In this document: piece by piece, positions 37,187-48,643 of the stretch
How the letters are laid out: each line of letters opens with the position of its first letter
How positions within the stretch are numbered: the first letter of the stretch is position 1
Assembly: GCA_964187785.1 (NCBI GenBank)
Contig: OZ076409.1
Location: 38,442,001-38,502,000 of the forward strand
From: Amphiscolops sp. MND2022
Taxonomy: Eukaryota
Length of the DNA stretch: 60,000 bases
Direction of reading: 5' to 3'
Made by a program: the position numbers and the translations under genes
The notes under the pieces: model-generated
What the model saw: the letters and a program-made list of their open reading frames with translations, nothing else
Told to the model about the DNA's origin: nothing
Database searches by the model: none

Positions 37187-37954
37187 TTTTGGCTTTTCTC
37201 TAAAAGGGGCTTATTATGAAGTTGGCTACTGTGGAAAAAAAACTTTCTTAGCTGGACTGCAATGCACATTGACTTCGTCATGTGCAATAGCTGCAATGAT
37301 AGAGGTTTTTTTTAAAAAAAAAACTACATGTAATATATTCCTTCGAACGCACCTCTGTCGCTCACAGTTCCTAGAACACAGGCCGCATTGCCGATCTGGA
37401 GGGCCATTGAAATCCGCTGCTTCAAAAAGCTGTCAGCTCGTTGATCGTCGTGCGAACGACAGAGCATTTTACAGGGACGCGTGATGAAAATTTCACTGTC
37501 CTCGCCTGAAGAACCCTGTACTTCCAAGGCCACCGTTTGAAAAATGTGGCTACGTGGAATCAGGTCTAATGAAATAGATCTAAGAGAGGGGGCAAAACTG
37601 AGATCTAAATAAAATGATCTAAATGTAACGTCAAGATAGTAGCTACGTTCTAGAAATGGGACAATGGCCGGATTGCTTTAAGAGACCAGTGTCTATAAAC
37701 AGGCTGGACATTAGTTTTTAGTCCCAAAAGGTCTCAGTAGGGACTTTTCCAAGACGCCGTGGAGACTCCTCATTCAAGAGCTCCGTGGCGACGTGCCGGC
37801 ACACTCAAAGTCCGGACACGTCCCACAAGCATGTAAAAACGGGGTGGGCGGAAGTAGGTCGAAAGGGGAGACAGGAATTCGAATATACAGTAAGGGAGAA
37901 TCATTGACGATTACAAGTAGAAACAGCTTTAGTTGTCAATGTTAAACTGTCACA

Positions 37955-38003
37955 ATATGTTTACAAACGTTTTCGACTATGAAAAGTCATCATCAGGCAT
38001 AAT
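37955..38003 (-). ncRNA. Minimal hammerhead ribozyme motif (pLTR copy 1)
   Basis: CTGATGA-T-GACT(TTTCAT)AGTC-GAAA core with palindromic AAACGTTT stem III. Confidence 0.7.
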
Positions 38004-38109
38004 AATCTGAAAATATAAACAACATGAAAGCACCAAACTAAATGGAGATTTATAAATTTGATAGAACGTAAAAAATGCAATGTGTAGACGCTATAAACCA
38101 ATTGAACTG

Positions 38110-40664
38110 CTAGAACTTCAACGTCAACTGCCTTCTGCGATACTCGTCGCGCTGGTTGAGGGCTGGACGGAACTTCTGAATATATAGCGCTTCAAGAGTC
38201 AATAATTTGGAGTCGGAACGGGCAAAATCAAGAATCTGAGGTTCAGGAAAAGCGGTATTTGGAGAACATTGTGATAAATGTTGGGTTACTGGTGCAGACG
38301 ATCTCTGATGCTCGTACATTCTTGTCGATAGATGACGGACAGTTTGTCCGACATAGCTGGCATTACAGCCAGGACAAATTAACTGATACACGACAGAACT
38401 ACGAAGCATTTTTGAGAAACTCGACTTCAATGAAGGCAATAACGACTTCAGCTTCCTGGTGGTGAACACTACCTTCACAGGAACAAATGATTCAAGCTTC
38501 CGTTTGAAATCATCAGAGATGCGACCACGATATTGAGTTGAAAACCACAACTTACGTTCTTCGGTTGTATTTTTGGGGCTGTTCGTAACCTCGAGTACAA
38601 TTTTATCCACCGTGTCTTTCAAAATGGGGTTGTAAAAACCTTTCGGGTACTGGTTAGCCGTCCAAATCGTTTTGGATGCCTCTATACCTTCATGAAAGTT
38701 GTTCCAATTCGATGTTGCGTTGAAAACACGATGTACATGTCCACTAATGATATTTCTCTTATACCTCATAGGGGCAAGTGCACGAAACGAGAGGGTTGTT
38801 CCAGTGTCTGTAGGTTTTCTATACCACCTTGTTGAAAGTCTGTTACCACTCTGCGACACCACCATATCCAGAAAAGGTATTTCATGATTGAGCGATCTTT
38901 CTATCGTGAACTTGAGGTTCACATGCATTTGGTTGAAATAACCTAGTAAACTGTCAACTTCCGTACTTCGAACTGTTCGGATAATGTCGTCTACATAACG
39001 TGCGAAGAGTTTGCACCCACTTTTATGATTGAGACAGTGTTGCAACACCATGGATCTTCCTCAGAAAGTGCCCTAAACTCATTCAACGATAAACTGGAGC
39101 ATTTGCGGTGAAACCAGAGGTCACAACTGTCACATTGGATGGAATAACCTCTATAAGTAACTTTTTTATTGCAGATACCACACAAGCAATTAGCATGTTT
39201 CGCCATAATACCCTGGTCACATTTTAGTCTATTTTCAAAATTTTTCAACCATAAGTTAGCAAGAATAACAGAAAGTGATGCCCCCATGGCCACTCCATCT
39301 TTCTGGACGAACCATTTCCCATCCACCATGAACTTCACGTTTTTCACGGCTAATTTCATTAGCTCGTGGAAGGTGTTCTGAGGCATTTTAGGTCTGTGTT
39401 CAGATGCATACAGCTTAGCAAGAGCAAAATCGATAGCTTCGTCAATAGGGACATTCGTATAGAGGCTTTTCACATCAAATGACACAATTTCCTCGTCATC
39501 AGATAATACGACAGTCTCAAGTAGGTGTTTTACTTTCATTGTAGATGTTTCTATGCTGGCGCCAGGTAAATTAACAAAGAAATCCGAGATAAACTGGTTG
39601 ATGTTAGCGTAACAAGACCCCGGAAGGGACAATACTGGCCTTAAGGGTATACCATCTTTATGCACTTTTGCTAATCCATACAGACGAGCCGGTTGACTAC
39701 CAGAACTACGTAACTTGTTGTAAACACTCGAACCTAACTGGCCGTGTTTCTTGAGGTATTCCAGTTTCTTGTTAAAGGCGTCCTCCGTTCTCTGTAAAAG
39801 ATGTTTTTTGCCACTTATATCAGTTACCTCCGAAAACTGCTCACCGGTTGTTACATCATTGAGTTTATCAGAGTACTGTTGTTTTGTCATTATACAAAAA
39901 CCGCAACCTTTGTCAAAAGGAACAGCCATCAGGTCATATTCTTTAAGGAATTTGCAAGTTTTCAAATACGATCTATCCGGTCGTTGGGTGCTAGCTTTCC
40001 GAATGTATGACACCGATAACGCATTGAGGTTGTTAATTGTGCCACTAGTATTTTGAGGGCTATGTTTCACCTGACACATCAATCTGTCCATATCAGCGAG
40101 AAAGGACATTTCGTTGAACTTGTCCAAAACAGGGTGTTTCGGACCACGCGATAGGACATCAAGCACGTAGTTGGTCGGTTTCACATCTGCTAAGACAACT
40201 ACGTTATCAGATCGCTCAGCCAACGGCTTGTCCTGATCAACAGCCAGTTTTTTCAATTTTGCACGGTGTTTGTTTCTCAGCAACTCAAAGTTTAGTTTCA
40301 AACTTTGTCGTATATAGAACGATACAGATATCAAAAGCTTATCCGAAAAAGCAGACGATACTCCTTGTCGGGCACAGCTAAGTTTTTCTTCGGTCTGGTT
40401 TCGGGCCAGAAGTGCCTTTGCCAACTCGCTTCTCAGCAATTTTTTCTGGAAATTATGAACAATCGTAGGCTCAAAACACCCATTTTCAGGTACGCGGAAC
40501 TTCAGGAACTTAGGGATGATGTCATTTTTTAGACACTCCGATAGAAAGTTAATCCGTGCAACATTGTTAGAGTATTTCGCTACAGCACTTTTGTACCGCG
40601 AGAATAAATGCCATTTCTGTTTTGTACGAATAAGTTTTTCGGATATACAGTAAGGGAGAATCAT
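38110..40664 (-). pseudogene. Penelope RT (with inserted PHD finger) plus GIY-YIG endonuclease, ~851 aa; one frameshift at ~39037
   Basis: DKG, LYGLAKVHK, PLRPVLS, SFDVKSLYTNVP, QKDGVAMGA, RYVDD, FLD, YRKPT, VVY..C..C...YVGQT.R.L..R..EH and LEALYI motifs. The tandem copy retains the missing base. Confidence 0.93.
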
Positions 40665-41838
40665 TGACGATTACAAGTAGAAACAGCTTTAGTTGTCAAT
40701 GTTAAACTGTCACAATATGTTTACAAACGTTTTCGACTATGAAAAGTCATCATCAGGCATAATAATCTGAAAATATAAACAACATGAAAGCACCAAACTA
40801 AATGGAGATTTATAAATTTGATAGAACGTAAAAAATGCAATGCGTAGACGCTATAAACCAATTGAACTGCTAGAACTTCAACGTCAACTGCCTTCTGCGA
40901 TACTCGTCGCGCTGGTTGAGGGCTGGACGGAACTTCTGAATATATAGCGCTTCAAGAGTCAATAATTTGGAGTCGGAACGGGCAAAATCAAGAATCTGAG
41001 GTTCAGGAAAAGCGGTATTTGGAGAACATTGTGATAAATGTTGGGTTACTGGTGCAGACGATCTCTGATGCTCGTACATTCTTGTCGATAGATGACGGAC
41101 AGTTTGTCCGACATAGCTGGCATTACAGCCAGGACAAATTAACTGATACACGACAGAACTACGAAGCATTTTTGAGAAACTCGACTTCAATGAAGGCAAT
41201 AACGACTTCAGCTTCCTGGTGGTGAACACTACCTTCACAGGAACAAATGATTCAAGCTTCCGTTTGAAATCATCAGAGATGCGACCACGATATTGAGTTG
41301 AAAACCACAACTTACGTTCTTCGGTTGTATTTTTGGGCTGTTCGTAACCTCGAGTACAATTTTATCCACCGTGTCTTTCAAAATGGGGTTGTAAAAACCT
41401 TTCGGGTACTGGTTAGCCGTCCAAATCGTTTTGGATGCCTCTATACCTTCATGAAAGTTGTTCCAATTCGATGTTGCGTTGAAAACACGATGTACATGTC
41501 CACTAATGATATTTCTCTTATACCTCATAGGGGCAAGTGCACGAAACGAGAGGGTTGTTCCAGTGTCTGTAGGTTTTCTATACCACCTAGTTGAAAGTCT
41601 GTTACCACTCTGCGACACCACCATATCCAGAAAAGGTATTTCATGATTGAGCGATCTTTCTATCGTGAACTTGAGGTTCACATGCATTTGGTTGAAATAA
41701 CCTAGTAAACTGTCAACTTCCGTACTTCGAACTGTTCGGATAATGTCGTCTACATAACGTGCGAAGAGTTTGCACCCACTTTTATGATTGAGACAGATGT
41801 TGCAACACCATGGATCTTCCTCAGAAAGTGCCCTAAAC
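40643..41838 (-). repeat. 5'-truncated tandem copy of the Penelope 3' part (extended pLTR)
   Basis: Near-identical to 37883-39078. It supplies the ATG (40664) of the downstream ORF. Confidence 0.95.
40715..40763 (-). ncRNA. Minimal hammerhead ribozyme motif (pLTR copy 2)
   Basis: Identical to copy 1. Confidence 0.7.
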
Positions 41839-41995
41839 GCCTCTACGCATTGCATTTTTTACGTTCTATCAAATTTATAAATCTCCATTTAGTTTGGTGC
41901 TTTCAGGTTGTTTATATTTTCAGATTATTATGCCTGATGATGACTTGTCATAGTCGAAAACGTTTGTAAACATATTTTGACAGTTTAACATTGAC
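41839..41995 (+). repeat. Inverted pLTR fragment containing hammerhead copy 3 (~41926-41976)
   Basis: Reverse complement of ~40695-40851 with a few substitutions. Confidence 0.9.
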
Positions 41996-43051
41996 GACAG
42001 GAATTCGGACTAATGAAATAGGACTAACAATCAAAACTGAAATAGGACTAATGGAAATAGGACTAATTCTTTTTTAGTGCCGCCTTAAAACTAATGGAAA
42101 TAGGACTAATTGAAATAGGACTAAAACAACTTTTGGCACGGAAAATTTGCAATTACGTAGATCAAATTGACAAAATCACGACATGTTCAATTGTAAACAT
42201 CCAACATAAAAGAGGTACAACAAAAAAAACAGAAGCGGATAAAAACATGGTACAAAATTCAAATTGGAAACGTGGAACATGAAAGTAGGAAATGACTTAT
42301 ACCTCATTGAAAGTAGTACAAAAGTAACGTAATACAATGGATCAACATAAAATTAATACAATAATTATTTTCTTCCTTCTATTGATTTTATAAAAGTGTC
42401 AGATCTCAAATCATTTCATTCACGAATAGAATTTTACCTTTCGTAAACGTCTCGAAAAATTTTCAGTACTGTCCCCTTCTAAATTCGGGGCATATTCGGT
42501 GTATGCACGCTCGCCCTCACCGTCGCAAAGACCAGCTCCCACTACGATCGCCTCGCGATCTCCGTTCCCGCTAGGTCTTTGCTCCTGTTCGACCTCGCTT
42601 AGCAAGACGAAAACATAAGCGGCCCCAAGGGGCCGCGGGGCGCTAGAGGAAATGGGAAATATCAAAGGCACGTTTTATACTTTGAAAAACTTTAGACATT
42701 ATTCCTTTAGATACTATTCCATTCTCCCCTTGGGTCTCATTCCGCATTTTAGGTCTTATTCCTACTTTTTTAATTCCAATTCCTGTAACAAATTAGTTCT
42801 AATTCCTGTTTTAGTTCCAATTCCAGTAACAAATTAGTTCTAGTTCCTGTTTGAGAAAAGTTAGTTCTATTCACATGAACGTTTGAGAAATTTTGAGCAT
42901 GTTAGTCCTAATTCCATTAGTTCAATTTATTTAGTCCGATTTCCGTTTCCCTGGTCGAAGGAACGGGATCGAAAATCAGAGTTAGTCCTCAGGTCGACAT
43001 ACCAAATTTTTTGAATGGGATCGAAATAACTCGAATCGAAATTTTTATAAC

Positions 43052-43177
43052 GTAGTCAGATATGTTCACATATCCCTAGTGCCCTGAATGCAGGAGCGAA
43101 GCGAAGCGACGTGCCATATGGCCATGTCTCAATGTTGCTACTTGGCGAAGGGAGCGAGGCGACCGAGCCATACAACA
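43052..43177. repeat. ~125-bp GCGAAGC-containing repeat (copy 2), inside MITE A
   Basis: Homologous to 2001-2125. Confidence 0.8.
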
Positions 43178-43550
43178 AACACGATAAAATTCGACCGCAT
43201 TCCATTCGATCCCTGCAATTCGATCAAAAGCTTCGACCTCTTTCTTTTCGACCATAAAAATTCGACCTATTTACAGCCACCCGTAAAAACGTATTCTAAG
43301 GGTTCCTGCGGTTCTACATACTTCCGAGGTCCGAAAACAGAGGTTCAGCTGATAGACATTCTAATTCTGAAAATCAGCTCTAAAACAATCAACATTGGGA
43401 TCTGCCAGATCCAATATCACCATAAACCTGCAAAAGTAATTAATTGCACCAAAATCAATCAATATAATCGCTTTCAGCATGTTTATGTCGATTCTGAAGT
43501 TTTGGGCATCATCCACGAACATGCGATATTTGGATTCTGGGGCATTCCAT

Positions 43551-43767
43551 TGTAACATTCCGTAATTCCGTGATTAGATGGCACAATCCCGGGTTTTCAG
43601 ATGTCTTCAGTGTCTTGACATTGTCTCGTTCTCTCCTCTTGTCTGGGGGGTCTCTTTTTTTGCCTTTGCTTTCTTTTCGATTTCAACGACTTGCCAGGTC
43701 GGCCTTTTTGAATCGCACCTTTTTTGGTTCTTGATCGAATTTTTGGTACTGACTGGTGGACGTTACA
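43551..43767 (-). repeat. 3' LTR candidate of Gypsy element (217 bp)
   Basis: TGTAAC...GTTACA inverted termini abutting the minus-strand PPT GGGGAGGA (43768-43775). No second copy in the window. Confidence 0.75.
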
Positions 43768-44276
43768 TCCTCCCCGGGCCACTGTTTGTCGTCCTCGGCA
43801 AACGGAGAAGGGTGCATCCTTACTTACTCAGTAATATTTAGCAACGTCATTATCCAGTTTTTTCTTGAATCTTACTGCTTCAAATTTCAAAAGACTAACG
43901 TAGCATTTTTGCCATTTTGGGTGATAAAATTCAATTTTGCTAAAAACTCCGTGCATTCGTTTCAAGCTAGTTTAAAATTTCTTTTGAGGGGTGGTAGCAC
44001 TCTTGCGTCACCTACCAGCAAGGTTAAGAACATTTTAAAGTAAAACTTCAATAGCACTTTTTCATTGATAGGGAGGCAGGCACCAAGCTGGGGCCTACCT
44101 ACCAGGTAGTTGCATTAACAGAACTGCATTCGAAATATAATAACTAAAATAGCGCGTAGAATTTTAATAATTGCACTTGGGTGAGGGGTAGGAAATGTTC
44201 TTGGTGAGTTTAGTTTGATTGATCAAGTTCAGTATCAGCACTGTTCGCTGTTGGTGCCTTCCATTGGATTGGCTTG

Positions 44277-47200
44277 CTATTGCGGCGCTTCGACTAGCGT
44301 CTCTGCTAGCATGTCTATCCATGGCAATTCCTGGGGATCCAAGCTGGGCAGTTCATTGAGCTCCAGTTCTATATCAGCTGCCTCAGTTTGCGATATGGAT
44401 ACAGGCACATCATCTAGACTGTCTGGTGGCATCGTTGCGTCATTGTCGGAGGCGATAGTGTCGTTTTCTGGTATTTGGGTGATTTGATTGGGGTTACTTG
44501 TATATACGTCCATTCTTGCTGTAGCTGTAGCTTGCAGGGTGTCGCCTTGGGTCATGGTAGACACTATGGAAGCTGTACTGCCACCGGCAGAATTTTCTTG
44601 GTGTCCCGCTGCCTGTCTTTCTGTGGTGGAGCCCATCGGGCATTGTTCTGTCAGTTGGTCAGCGAGATCCTGGCGTCCATACTCGTTGAATATGTTTTTA
44701 TAGGTTTCCACTGCAGTCACGTAGTCTGTGCAGACTGAGCTGTTCTCTTCTTTTTGTTTGGCTATTACTCTTATGAAGATCTCCATTGCCATCTTTGGAT
44801 TGCTAGGTGCCTCAGCGCTGATGAGCAAGACCTTTCGGATGGGCTCTTTGGCGATTTTGGGTGTGGTCGCATTTAATATTTGGTAGTTTTGATAGATTGT
44901 TTGGTCCACTACTGGAGGGTTTGCCCAGCACGTGATGGTGGTCAGAGTTACCGTGGTGTTGTCTAGCGGCTTTGTCCGGGGGTTATTCATGCGAGAGATG
45001 TCTTGAATGTTCCTGTGTTGTATTTTCTCTAGCGTTGCTCATTTTCTTCGTCCTCCCAAGCGTTGCACGGCGTTGGTCAAGACTCTCAGGATCCCTGGTT
45101 CGTCCCAACTGGCAAAGTTTTGCAGGGTACCAGTGCTGGGATTTATGGGTGCGTGCAACCACTGCACCGTATGGAGCTCTATTGGCATAGGCAATGCGCA
45201 CCGCGCTCTGGCTCGGATCAAGTTTAGGAAGTTGTGTTCAACTTGCTTTTTGTCTTTGATAATGGAGTATGCCATTGGGGGACGGAAATTTGCAAAGTCA
45301 CGTACTAGCATCTGGAAGTCGGGTGGTCTAACGTCGTCCTGAGGGACCACGAAATGCAGGATAGACAAAGTGGGAGTGCTAGCAGCTACTCTGAGTGGCT
45401 GGGTGGGATATCTTAGGGCCATCACGGCACCAAATATGGGCCAGATTATGGGGCAATTACTGGAATTAGGTCTTCTGTTTCCACTAGCATCAGACTGGCT
45501 ATCTGTGAGGGAAAGAGGAAACCTGGCAGGTTTTTGTCATTGCGTTGCTGATTCAATAAGTCGGGGTGGTCCAAACTGCTCATGATACCCGAGACGTTTA
45601 CCCAGACTGAATAAATACAAGCTGCCATTGTTTCAATGTTCTCGGCCAGCTGAGCACTGAGCTTCAAGGCGCCTGCGGGGTCCAGCGTTTTCAGAATTGC
45701 GTTAATCCAGCCTCGTTGGTTCTTCGCATATATCAAGAAGCTAAACAGGCAAGAGTTGGCTTTGCTCAGGACTAGTTTCTGTATCAAGTGTACTGGGGCT
45801 TTGTAGAAGTAGCTCAGGCCAACGGCCATTAGATAGGCAAGAACTTCGCTGATCTTGGCCCGTTGCATGGCTTCCACGTACAATTTCACTTGCTGTTTGT
45901 CCAGGTTACTTTCACGTTGTACCATTTTAGGTACTTAAAACGGTGAGATATTGAATAGGAAGATTGGAAATGGAATTCCGTGTCGTTTTGTTACTTAGGG
46001 CAAGGTTTCTTGTAGTTCTCGATGCCAGGACTGATACGAGTGTTTTGGGTTGGTTCGATTTTCTCTTGCTATTCTCTTGGCTAGTACTGATAGCAGTACT
46101 AAGGTTGGAGAGACCATGTTGGGATCTGAGTCAACGGCTTGGGTCGCTACTGGGAAGACGGTCGCTTCGGTTCGAGTCTGTCTGATCTCCTCTGTTTTCT
46201 TGAAGAGAGCTACCAGCTCTTTGTGGAACTTCGCGTCATGTGTCTTTTCGTCCAGGGTTGACTCGTCTCTGCTTTCGATCCATACGTTATCAATCAAGTT
46301 TGCCCTTTGGTGTTCCTTCGGGTCTCTGATCTGGCGTACGCCGTTCTCGTCAAAGGTGCGGTGTGCCATCTGCATACCAAAATCGAAGGCGGTGGCGTCG
46401 TCGGCCGTCAGCTGTGAGTTGCCTTGGTATCCCGTGTAGGCCTGCAGAGCCTTCGACATTTCAGCCAGGAATGCAGAGTATGAGGTCTTGCATGAACGCC
46501 AGGCCATGGCACTGACCTTTAGATTCGGGGCTACGATATAGAATTGCAGGTTTTGTGCGTGAGCGGCTTCGGATAGCAAGTACAGCAATTGTTGGAGTGG
46601 CTTCGGCAAGTGTGTGTACCCAGGGAGGCGACACGATGATTACGCCTACCGTAGGTTTCTTCCTCTGTGCTCGCCCAATCACATTTCTCATCACTTCGAC
46701 GTACGCCGCTACCTCACCGGTCATCACTTCTTCTGTCAGCCTTCGATATCCTCCTTCAAAATACTTCCTCGAAGGGCCAAGTGATCGATTACATTGCTGT
46801 AGATCAACAGTGGGGGAAAAGGGATCGTCTCCGAGTGGTTGGCGGCGGGACCGAAGATCTTGCAGGTCACCTCGGGCATTTCTTCTAACGATGAGCAGGG
46901 CAAGTTCATCACTTGAATATCCATCAGGGTGTTGTTCATATTTGCTGTTGCTTTCATCGTCGAATCTATGAATAAGGCAATCCTTCTCTTCTGAAGCATC
47001 TCTATGCCCATGGGGAGTAACGTTGTCAAGTCCTTCTTGAAATCTCGGCCTCTTAGCAGTTGTTCATCATATCTTGCCGGTCGTTGTGTTGCTAGTTTTA
47101 TTCTTGACGAAAGTGGTTTTGTGAGTGAACATCTGTCTCTTTGGAGGTCTTCTTTCATTCTTTTAAACCATGGAGGGATACGATCCAATGACATAGTGAG

Positions 47201-48347
47201 CTTCTTCACAGGCCTCAGGTAATGTGCTCTGATTGAAGCTTTTTCTAGATTCTTCACGTTCTCTGGTTCTCCGTTGTTAGTAGCAGTTTCGAACTTTTGC
47301 TCGTCTAGGCCAGAGTTTGGAATTCCTGATTTGACTTCCTTTTGCAGACGCACCGCGTCTCTGGCAGCAATATCATACTGCCGCGCCTCTGTCTGCGACA
47401 GAAGTTCGTTGGAAAATCGTATTCGTCTAGCCTCCGGCTGTTGGACGGGGGAGAGGTTCGAACTGGAGCTTGCTGTATTTGTGTTGGCCAACTCTCTGGG
47501 AGCTTTGGCCGCTTGTATCTCTCCTTTTTCTTGTTTCTTTTGCTGTTCTTGCAGCTCCGGGTTGGCCTGGAAGCCTACCAGGTGTTGTGGGTCCGCTGGC
47601 GTTGGTGGTAATAAGGCGTCGTATGAGTCTTGGCATCCGACCACTTCCATCATGATGGGTACGTCAAGTGGATTCCGCATTACTACGGTTCTTTGTGATT
47701 GACTCGTCGTTTTGTTTTCAGCGGCATTTTCTATGTTTTGCGCACTAGCATGCGCTTCCTCTACTGGGATTGAAGGGAGCATGAATTGAGGGTCGCTGTC
47801 GTATAGACCCCGAACACTTGTAGAGGCGGATGGAGATGCGGATGTTAGCACCGATGGTGGTATGACTCGTAGTAGGCACGTGAACTGTTGTGTTGAGTCT
47901 GGTGACATTGATGAGTCGTCTCCGGTGGTCGCGGGGACTGTGGGGATTGTCGCTGGTAGCGTTTGTTGCAGGTCTGGCCGAAGAGAGTCTTGCTGCGCGA
48001 GTTTGGGGGGGTTTAGCAGGCTCACCATAGGGCAAGTTTGATCTGTTGTCATCAAAATGGTGAGTCAGGTCGTGTCCCTGCCATGCTCCGCTGCGGAGTT
48101 CGGCTGTGTAGGAGCCACTTCCAATTGATATGGATAGAGCAAAGTCGGGGTGTGTCTCTACGGTTTGCATTGGTGCGATTAACATGGCCATCCCGGTTAC
48201 GACAGTTGGTGGAGCACCAAAATGAAAGCGTGCCTGGATCAGACCAAGCTGGTCAGTTCGGGTCTGGGGCTCTTCGACAGGCAGCGGGGACACAGAGAAT
48301 ACTGGTCTCGGTGGATGTGGCATTCGGTTTCTGGATGATTGACCCAT
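44277..48347 (-). pseudogene. Extra Gypsy ORF3 (~1,350 codons, fragmented), unknown function, SGNH-like segment
   Basis: Consecutive or overlapping minus-strand ORF pieces (47745-48365, 46736-48055, 46461-46727, 45995-46609, 45446-45925, 45039-45425, 44277-44990) between pol and the 3' LTR. Confidence 0.7.
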
Positions 48348-48643
48348 TGGCGAAATTGGTAGCACCTTTAATGGGATGTGATTATTAATAAACTGCAGAT
48401 GGGTGATCGCGATGCTGGTAGTGTCGAGTGCGAGCGCGTGAACACGACTGAACTGAAAGAAACAGCAAGCGTCAAATTTGGGTTAAAATGATATGTTACG
48501 CGAACTCAAATAAGGTACAATTGTTTGTAAAAAGAGCTTGTGGCGTGACAGGTCAAACAATTGGTCATTAAAAAGCAATTGAACGAGTGATTCACATTAC
48601 ACGAAAGCTTAAAAAGGGCGAATAATCTTTCCAGCGACTATTG

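Larger units (their letters stand above)
37882..41995 (-). mobile_element. Penelope-like element (GIY-YIG type) with partial tandem copy and inverted pLTR
   Basis: 12-bp TSD GACAGGAATTCG (37870-37881, 41996-42007). A 2,760-bp unit (37883-40642), a direct partial copy (40643-41838) and an inverted segment (41839-41995). Confidence 0.95.
37866..42951. mobile_element. MULE-like MITE B, inserted in the left TIR of MITE A
   Basis: After removing the Penelope insertion the ends read GGGAGACAGGAATTCGGACTAA / TTAGTCCGATTTCCGTTTCCC. GGACTAA repeat arrays; GGTCGAA duplicated on both flanks. Confidence 0.75.
37842..43282. mobile_element. MULE-like MITE A (outer shell of a nest)
   Basis: Perfect 9-bp TSD GTAAAAACG (37833-37841, 43283-43291), imperfect TIRs GGGTGG...TAGGTCGAA, TCGA subterminal repeats. 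Confidence 0.85.

Noticed and set aside
42001..42945. GGACTAA / TTAGTTC arrays as CRISPR or telomeric repeats
   Set aside because: Irregular spacing, inverted orientation at the two ends and no cas genes; they are MITE subterminal repeats.
44277..48347. Calling ORF3 an envelope gene
   Set aside because: No signal peptide, Cys-rich ectodomain or C-terminal transmembrane helix is visible.
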